Source: a virus (Duplodnaviria > Heunggongvirae > Uroviricota > Caudoviricetes). Taken from it: a stretch of 64,000 nucleotides of DNA. Shown in pieces: positions 25,408-35,808 of the stretch. Under the pieces are notes generated by a model. It ran no database searches. It was not told the DNA's origin and saw only the letters and a list, made by a program, of their open reading frames with translations. The position numbers and the translations under genes were made by a program. The stretch is from IMG/VR virus record IMGVR_UViG_3300028805_000051, positions 107,394 to 171,393 of that record, one strand, 5' to 3'. The stretch's first letter is position 1. Each line of letters opens with the position of its first letter.

Positions 25408-27234
25408 ATGATGAAACTAATACCTAGATTTAAAACTGGATATAAAACTCCTGATTGGGATCCTACAAATCCTTATCATTATCATACAGAAGATGGTAAG
25501 AAGGTTGTTATAACTCCTGAAGATTGGAAAGCTAATGTAGGCAAACCTTACTTTAGAGAGATCGAAGCTGCTGTTAGAGCAGAACAAGCTGCTCATCCCG
25601 CACCTGAATATGAAGTAAATCCTACTTTTGTTAGAGACTTAAGAAGTACTTATCAGTATAACATGGGTAATGGTTATTAGAACTATAAATATTTCAGCTC
25701 AGCTCTCCCTCAAGGATACAGTTTTACAGATGAAGGAATGATAGTAGATCCACAAGGTAACTATTACGTACAATCTGGTTATAGACAATCTCCTAGATTT
25801 ACTTATAGTACAGATAATCCTTTACAATTTACTATCAATAAAGGTAAACCTATTGAAAGAAATCTTACATTCTATCCTGTTAATATGGATAAGAGAGTTA
25901 AAGCACCTCTTCCTGTTGACAAAACTTTAGATGTTAGTAAAGAATATGAAAACGCAGTAAATCTTTTAATAAAAGATAATACAACATCTATAACGAATAA
26001 ATCAACTCCTATAAATATATACAAATTCCAAAGAACAAATAAATATGATAATATTAATGGAAATCCTGTAATTTTCTATCATGCAGACGTTCCATCATAT
26101 CCTATTTCAGAATTAACTAATAAACAAAATTACAGTCTATTTTATACTAAACCGGAACTTTATAAAACTGTAAATGTTCCGTATGATTTAAATAGAATAA
26201 GAAAAGATAATCCAGATTTGGCTATAGATTTTGAAAGATGGATTCAACAAGGTGCTGAAGACCAATCGTATCATTATGACAAACCATGGTTTGAGCAATT
26301 TGAAAAATATAAAACTGGAACTTACATTAATAAACCTTCTCGTCAAGAAGCTGAGAAAAAGGCTGTAATATCTATTAGTCCTTTAGAAAAAGTAAAGACA
26401 TTTGCTAATGGAGGACATTTGTTTCAAAAAGGAGGAAAAGTTAAAGGGTATAAATTGTCTTCTAAACTAATGCGTTTAGCACAAAAATTTGCTGACAAAG
26501 AAGCAGCAAAGCAAAATGAAGAAGAAGGTAATGGAGCTCCTCAATCAACTTTCTTAATGAATAGAAAAAATTAGCAAAAAGTTTTTGAACAAGAAGGATA
26601 CACAAAAGTAGATAGCGATAACTATGGTCCAGTAACAAATGCTGTGAAAAATAGTAAACATAAAGATGTTCCTATTTATTAGAAATATCCTGATGTTGAT
26701 GTGGATAGAAGTAATTTAGTAAAAATTGGAACATTTATGGATTATGCAATAAAAGGCGTACATGGTGAAACAGAAATATATAGTGGTCCTTATGAAAGTT
26801 ATCTTACAGACCCAGCTAATTTTCCAGTAGATATTTATATTGATAGAAAAACTGGTAAAGTTTATAATCAAGGTTGGGATTTTAATGACTATAATAATCT
26901 AAGAAGTACTACTGATATATCAAAATTAAAGAATATTGCTGGTAATGTACTTGATAGAATTGGAAATCCCACTGTAGTAACCACTGGATTGTAGGAAAAT
27001 GAAAATCCTCCAAAAGAAATAATTGATGATTATATAAGTAAAGCTTCTAATGGATTTTTATAGTATAATTCAAATGATGGACAAATTCAATTAAAGCCAG
27101 TTACTATCACTGCTTAGCGTACTAATAAAAAACTAATCCCAAAAGAAACAAAAGATCTACCTACTACTGGAGAATTTAGAAATATGAGTGCAGATCAATT
27201 GTTTGATTGGCTAGAATAGAATAGAAAAAAATGA
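25408..27234 (+). CDS. hypothetical virion protein, 608 aa; about 9 in-frame TAG
   Basis: Joins ORF track fragments 25408, 25738 and 26701 in one frame and ends at a TGA at 27232-27234, which overlaps the next ATG; 1827 nt. Confidence 0.5.
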
Positions 27235-27554
27235 TACAGACTAAAATAAACGGTCATGAGATTACCATTACAACTAATAATATCAATATAAAAGATTCCT
27301 ATTTAGTTTGGAATCCTTATGATATGTATGATATGTTAGATAAAATAAAAGTATTCTTAAAAGAAAATAGCATTACTATGGACACACCTCTTAATCATAG
27401 AACAAAACTTTCAATGATAAGAGAATGGATATCACATAATAATGCTTATTACTTAGGATATAAAAAAGATCAAGCGTGTAATGTAGATTTAAACTATCCA
27501 CAAAAATGGTATGTTAAAATTATTTATTTCTTTTGTAGCTTAATAAGATTATGA
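27231..27554 (+). CDS. hypothetical protein, 107 aa
   Basis: ORF track entry. ATGA overlaps at both ends. No TAG. Confidence 0.5.
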   Translation: MIQTKINGHEITITTNNINIKDSYLVWNPYDMYDMLDKIKVFLKENSITMDTPLNHRTKLSMIREWISHNNAYYLGYKKDQACNVDLNYPQKWYVKIIYFFCSLIRL

Positions 27555-29560
27555 CAAAATTAATTCCACGATATTAGCACGGAAACCCATTTTTAATAGA
27601 TAAATCTTCAATTCCTGGAACAAGCCCACAGACATCAAGTACGATTAATTATAATTGGGAATAGCGTGCTGCTAATAATGAATCAGTTAAAAAAGCTGAA
27701 CAAGAAAGAGCACAACAAGCATATTTAGATAGACGGGGATACATTTCTGAAGATAAAGATAAAAGAAGTTATGCCCAGAGAGATGTAGATGATAAAATAA
27801 ATGCTACAAAAAATGCTAAAACGGATTTTTATAGTATGGGTGCTCCTAATTCACAAAGTACTGATGTAACTCCTAAACAAGTATTAATACCTGCATTTGT
27901 TGCCGGAACTACATTTATAAATCCAGTAGCTTCTCTAATATATGGCGGTATGTACGAACCTATGGAAAAAGCAGGAGTTTATCAGCCAATTAGTTTAGGT
28001 CTACAAAAATTAGGAATGAATGAAGATGCTGCAAATATGACATCTTATTTTGCTACTGATTTAGGTATAGGTTTATTACCAGTTGTCAAAAATAGATTTA
28101 TCAATGCCTATAATAAAGCATGGAATCAAACATATGGTAATTTAAATAATCTAGGTATAAGTCCTTTCAGGAGAGTGACAAAAAATGTAAATAAACTTGT
28201 AAAAAAACCTTCCAGAAATTATTATCCAATAGAGGAAATGGCAAACAATATAGCAGAAAGAAGAGCTCCAAATACTTATACTAAATATGTAAATCAAGAA
28301 GCTATAGATAATGGGTATGAAACATATAGGAATGCAGTAAATAATGCTGCAATAGATAATATACAAAGTATAGCTAATGCTAGAATTAATTTTAGTAAGT
28401 TAAAGAAAAGAACTACACAAGAATTAAATGATTTTAATAAATTATTAACCATATCTCCTGAATATGGAATATTTTTATCATATAACCCAACACTCGATGG
28501 TCTCTCACAAGAAGCAATAGATGCATTCATAGAACACCAAAGTCTTAGTGTTAGAGGTATAGGTGTTCAAGAGAAAATACCTAAAACTACTACAGGAGCA
28601 GGTTATGTTAGAGTACACAATGCATCTGCAATAAACGATAAAAAAGCAGAAAAATTTTTAACAACACCACCAGAAAATCCTTTAGACAGATTAGGTAATA
28701 GAGGGCTTTATACTTCTAATGGTAGATATATTGCTGATAAATTTATGAGACCAGAAACAAATGGGTATAACTCTGCGTCTTATCAAGGAATAGTACATTA
28801 TGACTTCAACATAGATAGAAGTAAACCTTTAGAAGAACAACTTAGACAATATAGAAGTAAAATAAGAAATTACGATTGGGATATAACCGATCCAAGAGAG
28901 GAAATGATTGAGGCTACTTATGTTAAAAGTGGTGAGGGGGCTACAAAGAATATATATGAAAGATCAATAAACCCAAAAGGAGTGGATAAACCTGTAGTTA
29001 ATTTAAGGAAGCTTCAATATTTCGGTAAAAATCTGCCTAATTTACATGGTCGTTGGGGGTTAAATGATCTTAGTGCTGTTAGTGATCTTGATTTATTTAT
29101 ACCAAAACAACCTAGTCGCTCATTTGGTGAATTTTTAAATTTTGCTAGAAGATTAAAATCCACAAATGAATTTACTATAAAAAAGCGTAATCCTAATTAT
29201 TCTGCAGAATATTCTAATGCTTATGGTATACTGAAAAGTCAGCTTGAAAAGCGTGATAAATTAGTTAGACAATTAGAAAAGAAACATAACTTTGTAACAA
29301 AAAGCTTAAAAAGCTTATTAGTGACACCAATAGTAGGAGGTGTTGGTGCAGCAGTGGGACTTATTAAAGCATCAAATGATCGGCAGAATAAATGGTATAA
29401 TGATCATGCTATAGAACTGAGTGAGATAATAAACAAAGAATTAGGCAATGAAAAATCATATAAAGATATGACAGATGAAGAATTCGAAAAACGTTTGGAC
29501 CAAGAACATGAAATAATAGAGAGGGAATATAATAAATACAAAGAAAGTCTTAAAAAGTAA
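27551..29560 (+). CDS. hypothetical virion protein, 669 aa; 2 in-frame TAG near the N-terminus
   Basis: The ORF track entry 27836..29560 extends upstream in-frame through 2 TAGs to an ATG at 27551; 2010 nt. Confidence 0.5.
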
Positions 29561-29594
29561 TAATTTAATATTCATATTAAAATAAAACAATAAA

Positions 29595-29630
29595 GGCGAA
29601 CTCGTTTTCACGGGCTCGCCTTTTTATTTT
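29595..29630. terminator. bidirectional rho-independent terminator between convergent genes
   Basis: Hairpin ggcgaactcg...cgggctcgcc, then TTTTTATTTT. Confidence 0.55.
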
Positions 29631-29631
29631 A

Positions 29632-29943
29632 TCAGTTTGTTTTATTTATTGTATATGTTACTCCATTTTCTGTTGAATAACATTCCGTTCCATTTGTAGT
29701 ACATTTAATAGGAGTTGATCCTAAAGTGCAATGACATATTCCAGAACCTCCATTAGAAGGATGGTTTGGGCAATTCTTACAAGCTTCTGGAACATTATCT
29801 TTTAAATCAGAAATAGTATAAAATTCTGGTTTCCAATCTTTTATTTGAACATAAGGAGTATTTATTTGAGGAATAGGACATTGTCTACCTCTATCAAATT
29901 CTTTTTGTAAGAGTTCATTTAATTCACCAACTGAAATTTCCAT
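29632..29943 (-). CDS. small Cys-rich protein
   Basis: ORF track entry. Confidence 0.45.
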   Translation of the reverse strand: MEISVGELNELLQKEFDRGRQCPIPQINTPYVQIKDWKPEFYTISDLKDNVPEACKNCPNHPSNGGSGICHCTLGSTPIKCTTNGTECYSTENGVTYTINKTN

Positions 29944-30117
29944 AATTAATGTGTTACACTAAGTTTGTTCATTCTATCCATAAAATCTAAAAATTCTTGC
30001 TCGTTGGCAAGTCCATTTTCTTCGCAGAACTCTATTACTTCTTTAAAATAGTGTTCTACAGTTGCCATAAATTTAATTGGTAATTTATTATTCATATAAC
30101 ATTAACATTAACATTAG

Positions 30118-30188
30118 ATGTCCGCCCAGGACTCGAACCCGGAAATGGTGGGTTAGAGCCACCCGTTTTACCATTAGACTACCGGACA
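30118..30188 (-). tRNA. suppressor tRNA, anticodon CUA (reads UAG); possibly Gln-type (U1:A72)
   Basis: Reverse complement: TGTCCGG TA GTCT AATGGTA AAAC G GGTGG CTCTAAC CCACC ATTT CCGGG TTCGAGT CCTGG GCGGACA T. Cloverleaf with anticodon loop CTCTAAC, giving anticodon CUA. Confidence 0.8.
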
Positions 30189-30203
30189 TTATTTAGGAGA
30201 GAA

Positions 30204-30590
30204 TTACTCTCCTTTATTATTAAGGTATTTATTAAATAATCTGTTTACTTCTTCAGTGTGCTCTTTAATACTCTGTTCCACAATTTCCTTAACAATAGCT
30301 TTGAAGATTTTGTAAGCAACTTTAATATTCTCCATATTAGGATTCTTTTCTTCAAGAGTCATCATTACTTTGAAAGCAGCAGGATTAGATGTTTTGAGTT
30401 TCTCAGCAGCAGCTTCAAAAATTTCATCATCGAGATCTTCGATTTCTTGTCTAATTTTCTGGAGTTCAGTATTATCTTTCTTTTTAGAAATAAAAATTAC
30501 TGTATTTCCTTCTTCATCTTTATCAATCTTTACATCATTTACATTTTCATAGGCAAATAAAGCCACTAAATTTTCGATTAATTTTTCCAT
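30204..30590 (-). CDS. hypothetical acidic protein
   Basis: ORF track entry. Confidence 0.45.
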   Translation of the reverse strand: MEKLIENLVALFAYENVNDVKIDKDEEGNTVIFISKKKDNTELQKIRQEIEDLDDEIFEAAAEKLKTSNPAAFKVMMTLEEKNPNMENIKVAYKIFKAIVKEIVEQSIKEHTEEVNRLFNKYLNNKGE

Positions 30591-30981
30591 ATATTATTTA
30601 TTTATTTAATATAATTAATTATAACTAACATTTTCCAATTTTCAAAGTAATTTGAAAATTTTCGAAAAAATGCTAAATTATTTTCAAAATTTCAAAATCA
30701 GTAAAGCAGAAAATATAAAATATAATATTTATAACCACTTTCCTTTAATTAATAAATTATATACGAGAATTTTCGTAATTCCAAATACTTCCAAAAATTT
30801 CGAGAAAAAGCATGCTTTCTGAAATAATAGCCCCCCTATATTCACCCCCGCCCCCTATTTTCAGAATTCGGAAAATTATTTCCAGAATTTTTTTCAAGGA
30901 TTTAAAAGATTTTTAAAAGGAATTTTCAAAATATGAAAAGTTATAGGAGAGGGAGGAGACATATGTCTTCGACCCCCGGGC

Positions 30982-31000
30982 TTAATGCGTAGGAAATTGA
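30982..31000 (+). promoter_or_regulatory. conserved promoter-like motif, copy 1 (TTAATGCGTAGGAAATTGA)
   Basis: One of 3 copies of TAAT(A/G)CGTAGG(A/C)AAAT found upstream of the GC-rich-codon genes. It also shares a downstream TTCATTCATTYATTAATCAATTAA box with copy 2. Confidence 0.45.
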
Positions 31001-31084
31001 TATGAATTGTTATATTTAAGTGTGAAACGTTTAAAATACGTTACGCGTTTTCATTCATTTATTAATCAATTAAATTCAACAACA

Positions 31085-31522
31085 ATGAAGAACACATTCA
31101 ACAAAGAAGAGAACACTTACACTATTAGTAAGGAAATGATGAACTGCTTTAAGCAATTGCTGTTTACTACCAACGGAGAGGGAGTGAACTTGCAAGGCAT
31201 CATCTCGGACATCACTTGCGGAGAAGAGGACGACCTCGTTTCGTGTAAAGTCGCTTTTGCTTTTAAGGGCATCAAACCCGCAATTAACAAAGCACCTCGT
31301 TTTGAGTACGGCTATCGTTGCTATTATGCTTACGAGGTCGTAGATTACTCTATGATACTTGATAGTTACAAGTGCATTAAAGGTCGCTATGATTGGGATA
31401 AAGAAACAAAGTCCTTTGTTGCAAGAGAAACCGAAGAACCCACTATGTTTTCCGCTGACTTCATCAACTCTCTGCCTACTAAACTTGATATATCAAAAGT
31501 TAGAGGAATTGAAGAGCAATAA
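31085..31522 (+). CDS. hypothetical early protein with GC-rich codon usage
   Basis: ORF track frame; start moved to the ATG at 31085. Confidence 0.5.
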   Translation: MKNTFNKEENTYTISKEMMNCFKQLLFTTNGEGVNLQGIISDITCGEEDDLVSCKVAFAFKGIKPAINKAPRFEYGYRCYYAYEVVDYSMILDSYKCIKGRYDWDKETKSFVARETEEPTMFSADFINSLPTKLDISKVRGIEEQ

Positions 31523-31541
31523 CATCATCATTAATCATTAA

Positions 31542-31570
31542 GGGAGGGCACACGCTCTCCCTTTATTTTA
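31542..31570 (+). terminator. rho-independent terminator
   Basis: gggagggcacacgctctccc followed by TTTATTTT. Confidence 0.5.
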
Positions 31571-31584
31571 TTATATATTTTTTT

Positions 31585-31606
31585 GTAATACGTAGGAAAT
31601 TATAAG
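31585..31606 (+). promoter_or_regulatory. conserved promoter-like motif, copy 2 (GTAATACGTAGGAAATTATAAG)
   Basis: See copy 1. Confidence 0.45.
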
Positions 31607-31688
31607 TAATTTGTTATACGTTACACGTGTTACACGTTTTTCATTCATTCATTCATTAATCAATTAACATTAAAAGGAGGAATTTATT

Positions 31689-32198
31689 ATGATTACTAAC
31701 ACACAATCCACTGTTTCCGTCAGCACCAACGCCAACGATGCACTGAACGCTCTGAAAGCAGCAAAAGCAACACATCCGTTTCGTGGAACAGGGTTCAACG
31801 GCATCGGTTTCGATGATAACGAGATAATACGCTCGTTTGAAGGAATTGGTTTCCCTACTTGGGAAGATGACAAAGACGCCAACAAGAAAGGCACCTATAT
31901 TGTGGTGTCTTTCAACGGCAAGAAAATTGCCCTTAATTCATTTATTAAGGACAAATATTTGTTAAAACCGAGTGGGGAGTTGGAAGAGTGGAAACAAACC
32001 GAGGGATTTGCCAAATTTGTGCGAGAACACCCATTTCGCCCAGATATGACTGAAACTGAATTACTTAACACCATTAACGCCTACAATGCGGAATGCACTC
32101 GTTTGGCAGCAAGCAGTGCTAAATTCAGTGCTGTCTATGGTGTGAGTGTTCAAGGTGGTTACGCTCATCAAGTCGGTAAATTCAGCATTATTGGCTAA
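31689..32198 (+). CDS. hypothetical early protein with GC-rich codons and a strong RBS
   Basis: ORF track entry; AAGGAGG lies 8 nt upstream of the ATG. Confidence 0.6.
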   Translation: MITNTQSTVSVSTNANDALNALKAAKATHPFRGTGFNGIGFDDNEIIRSFEGIGFPTWEDDKDANKKGTYIVVSFNGKKIALNSFIKDKYLLKPSGELEEWKQTEGFAKFVREHPFRPDMTETELLNTINAYNAECTRLAASSAKFSAVYGVSVQGGYAHQVGKFSIIG

Positions 32199-32211
32199 AT
32201 TCCGACATTTT

Positions 32212-32256
32212 AAGGACTTGCAGTTATGGTAGTGGACTGCAAGTCCTTTTTTTTTC
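32212..32256 (+). terminator. rho-independent terminator
   Basis: aaggacttgcag...ctgcaagtcc followed by a T9 run. Confidence 0.7.
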
Positions 32257-32293
32257 TTTTGTAATATTTCCAAAAAATTCGTAATATTTCTCT

Positions 32294-32310
32294 GTAATAC
32301 GTAGGCAAAT
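32294..32310 (+). promoter_or_regulatory. conserved promoter-like motif, copy 3 (GTAATACGTAGGCAAAT)
   Basis: See copy 1. Confidence 0.45.
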
Positions 32311-32440
32311 GTATATCGGCTCGCATATTTTAGGCGAGAAATGTATTAACATTTTCAAAACGTTGACTGCTGGAAATAGACAGCTTTGATTGAACTTTTT
32401 TTTAAAATTACATATAAGTTTAATTTAAATTAAATCAAAA

Positions 32441-33025
32441 ATGATTACAGTTAATCAAGAAATGATGAATGCCGCTCTTGAGCAGCACAAGCTCCCTGAA
32501 GGTACAACTCCTGAACAGCTGATTGCCCAGTTGAAAGACCGTCCTGTGGTGAATATTCAGGAGAACGTATTTGAGGAAGGTGACACATTCACAATGCCTG
32601 CAAATGAGGCTGAGCTTGCAAAAGTTCTACGTGTGGAGAAATTTGATCGTCTTGCTAGAATCGACAATGAGGGCAAGAAGGTTGTTCCTGAGGGATTCTA
32701 TGCCCTTGTCTACACTGAGAACCCCAAGACCAACATGAAGGCCGTTAAGAAATTCCGTGTCACATCGGCAACTGCTTCCTTTAACGAGTATGCCAAGGAT
32801 CCTGTGAATGAGACCTATTTGGCAAACGGTAAGGTTGTCAGAAGTGAAGGTGATGTTGCAACTCTGCTCCGTTCTAAGAGTAGTCAGTATGAGCAATTTA
32901 CTGCTCTTCTCGGCAAAACCATCACTACCAAAGCTCCCCTTGTTGGCAATGCAGCTGTTATGGAGAACCAGGTTCCTAAGGGAATCCGTCGTCGTACCAT
33001 TGCGAATTTCGCCTTCACCGAATAA
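32441..33025 (+). CDS. hypothetical early protein with GC-rich codons
   Basis: ORF track entry. Confidence 0.6.
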   Translation: MITVNQEMMNAALEQHKLPEGTTPEQLIAQLKDRPVVNIQENVFEEGDTFTMPANEAELAKVLRVEKFDRLARIDNEGKKVVPEGFYALVYTENPKTNMKAVKKFRVTSATASFNEYAKDPVNETYLANGKVVRSEGDVATLLRSKSSQYEQFTALLGKTITTKAPLVGNAAVMENQVPKGIRRRTIANFAFTE

Positions 33026-34138
33026 TGTCCACACTTAAGTGTGTATTCGGCAGAGTTATTGGAGATTACTCATTAAAAGTGGGTGATCTCCAATACTTTG
33101 TGGACAATGGACATATGTATATGAATGAAAGAGGATTTTTCTTAATTGAATTCATCTCTGGAGTTATGTATCATATTGTCCGATTTCTGCGATATTAATG
33201 AATGAATGAAAGTGTAAACATGTATTGTTAGTAATCATGTACATACGGGTGAGAACGCAGACTCATCCTTCCCACTGAACTCTGGGGTTTTTACTTTAAG
33301 CTCCAGAGTTCAAAGTATGGGAATGTATATACTTTTCCAGAATATACAAATTTTCCTAAATAGAATTTTTTGGGAAATTTTAGAAATTTTTGGAAATTTT
33401 TGAAGTTTCATAGAAATTATAAAATTTACATTTAATGCAGCCTTGGAAACACTTGTTTTCCATGAAAGTCACAAGCCTTTGTAAATGCAGAGTGAATGTA
33501 AACTTTTTAACCTGCGGGTAATCCCTATAAACTCGTCACAAAAAGGTTTAGCTAGGGTGATAACACTATAGATATTAGAGTGGTGTATGACAACGGTTAA
33601 CCTCGTTGTAAGTGAGTATAAAATCCTCAAAAAGTATCTAGTCTTGTAGTACTCTCTAAATGGAAAGGATATGAGGATTTTAACTTGCGAATTATATTTT
33701 CCTCGCTAGTTTGCCGGGAAAATTTTCAGCGGATAGAAAGATTTGCATATTGCAAATTTGCCGCTTCTAATTATGGGTAAACAAGGAAATTAAGAGTACT
33801 TTTGCCTAACAGAGCAACTATCTGGAATCTGTAATCGTGTTAGTCAGCACGTTGGGAATCCGAAGAGTATTGGTCTGCAACTAATATCTCTGGGTAGATG
33901 AACAAGACATTTTAGAATTGCAGCTCTAAATTGTCGAAATTTTGGAACATAGGTGGAAAATGACAATCTACATTCGCGACTATGTTCTTTTAAGGTTGAA
34001 ATTCCTTGAGTTCTTACATTATTTGAAAGTGTTAAGAATCTCTAAAATCTCCCATATGAGAATACCTTGACGTGGTTTGGGAGCTTTAAACTAATATTCT
34101 CAAAATGAACACAAGTAAAACCGCAAAAATAAAATAAT

Positions 34139-34429
34139 ATGTTTGAAAATATTAAACATCCGAAAACTGGTGAGCAATTATTCCAGATTATAAAGGTTGA
34201 GTCCAATGCACTTAGACCTTATATAAAAATTGCAACAATGGAGGAATGTCAAAAACTTTATCAACAGTTCACAGAAGAAAAAGATGATGATTCATGGTAT
34301 GTAAAGAAAGGCCGTGAATGCATTCATTCTGATGGGACTAGTGATTGTTCTCTTATAGTTAATCACAAAGGTTGGGGATTTGACTATATGAGAATGGTTA
34401 TTATTGATAGAGTATATATGGATATTTAA
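34139..34429 (+). CDS. hypothetical protein
   Basis: ORF track entry. Confidence 0.4.
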   Translation: MFENIKHPKTGEQLFQIIKVESNALRPYIKIATMEECQKLYQQFTEEKDDDSWYVKKGRECIHSDGTSDCSLIVNHKGWGFDYMRMVIIDRVYMDI

Positions 34430-34447
34430 CTTTAAAACCGCGATAAA

Positions 34448-34939
34448 ATGAAACAATTAATTTTTGCAATATTTATACTTATATGTGCAAGTTGCACAGC
34501 ACAAAAAGAAAAGAAAGTTGCTTCTGTTAAAAATGAGAATTATCTTATCATGTTTGATTTTTCGAACATTGATGATGCTCATTATTCTATCGATGATTCC
34601 AACTTTTGGTTAGAATATGATGATCCTGATGCTTTTGATCTTGATCATTTAGCTGAAACAACTGGACGTAATGAATGGTATGGTGATTATATTGCTATAG
34701 ACATTCAAGATTCTCTTGTTTCTCTCTTTCTTATAGAATGGGGAGAATATAATGATCTAAGAAATTACATTCATGAAAATTTAACTTCTGAAAATAGGTG
34801 TAGATTTGAATGGCAAAGAATGGATCAACTTTCTGAATCATGGGGAATCCAAGAAATTTGGACTACTTTTGATGATGGTTCAAAAGATGTTCGTTATGAA
34901 TTAACTTACGTCGGAAAGGAGTATAATTGGTATGAATGA
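34448..34939 (+). CDS. secreted protein or lipoprotein (signal peptide)
   Basis: N-terminus MKQLIFAIFILICASCTAQ. Confidence 0.45.
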   Translation: MKQLIFAIFILICASCTAQKEKKVASVKNENYLIMFDFSNIDDAHYSIDDSNFWLEYDDPDAFDLDHLAETTGRNEWYGDYIAIDIQDSLVSLFLIEWGEYNDLRNYIHENLTSENRCRFEWQRMDQLSESWGIQEIWTTFDDGSKDVRYELTYVGKEYNWYE

Positions 34940-35441
34940 TATTACCTTAAAATATGCTCTACAAATCATAGATTCTCCGATATTCCAACAATTACAGAAA
35001 ATTGGTGGAGGCCATCAATATCATCAGGAAGGGAGTGCATTCGTGCATTCTCTTCTTGTTTTCAATAATTCATTGGAATTTTGGCAGAATTCACCAATGA
35101 ACATCATTGCCTTGTTACATGATATTGGGAAAATCTATACTGGTCGTCAGAAAGAAAATGGTGATTGGGAATATCCAAACCATGCCAAAATTGGTGCTTC
35201 ACATTTACTTGAATTTCTTCCCGAAGAATTAGAAGATGATACATGGTTTTGTGAAGAAGCTAATTACTATATAAGTAATCACATCAAGCCATTATTCTGG
35301 GAACAGAAAGGTTATCCAGAAAAAGACGAACATACAATAAATCTTGCAAAACTTGCAATTTGTGATTTAAAAGGCAGTTTTGCAGAAATACCTCAAGATA
35401 GCAAAATACAAGGGTTATACGATTATATTGTCATGGGATAG
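34932..35441 (+). CDS. HD-domain phosphohydrolase-like protein; ends at a TAG
   Basis: Contains H...LLHDIGK...; the terminal codon is TAG, followed 6 codons later by a TAA. Confidence 0.5.
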   Translation: MNDITLKYALQIIDSPIFQQLQKIGGGHQYHQEGSAFVHSLLVFNNSLEFWQNSPMNIIALLHDIGKIYTGRQKENGDWEYPNHAKIGASHLLEFLPEELEDDTWFCEEANYYISNHIKPLFWEQKGYPEKDEHTINLAKLAICDLKGSFAEIPQDSKIQGLYDYIVMG

Positions 35442-35567
35442 TTATTTATTCCTGCAGGATGCTAAGGGTTTGCATCCTGTCTTAATGTAGCCAATGACGG
35501 TCCAAAGCCCGTATGAGAAATTACAGATGGAGAAAAAATACAGTATAACATCAAAAAACTAAGCACA

Positions 35568-35771
35568 ATGAACCGCAAAAAATCTAATGGCAAAGTTGTA
35601 ATAACTCGTAAGTCCATAAAAGGTGAAAACAGTCAAGCAGCTCGAGTAGCTCGCTTTGATATGGAGAAAGCTGGAATTACTCCTTTAGAGGAGAATCAAG
35701 TTTTTACTCCAGAAGAATTGGATGAACTGTATAGGTTTGATCCAGAAAATGAACCTTATTGGAATCGATAA
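35568..35771 (+). CDS. small hypothetical protein
   Basis: ORF track entry. Confidence 0.35.
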   Translation: MNRKKSNGKVVITRKSIKGENSQAARVARFDMEKAGITPLEENQVFTPEELDELYRFDPENEPYWNR

Positions 35772-35808
35772 ATTAATTATAAATAAACATTATAAAAAAT
35801 AAAACAAC

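Noticed and set aside
8693-29560. TGA (opal) reassignment in addition to TAG
   Set aside because: TGA terminates several late genes in ATGA overlaps (9736, 10600, 17180, 19481, 27232, 27552), and the encoded tRNA-Trp has a CCA anticodon, not UCA.
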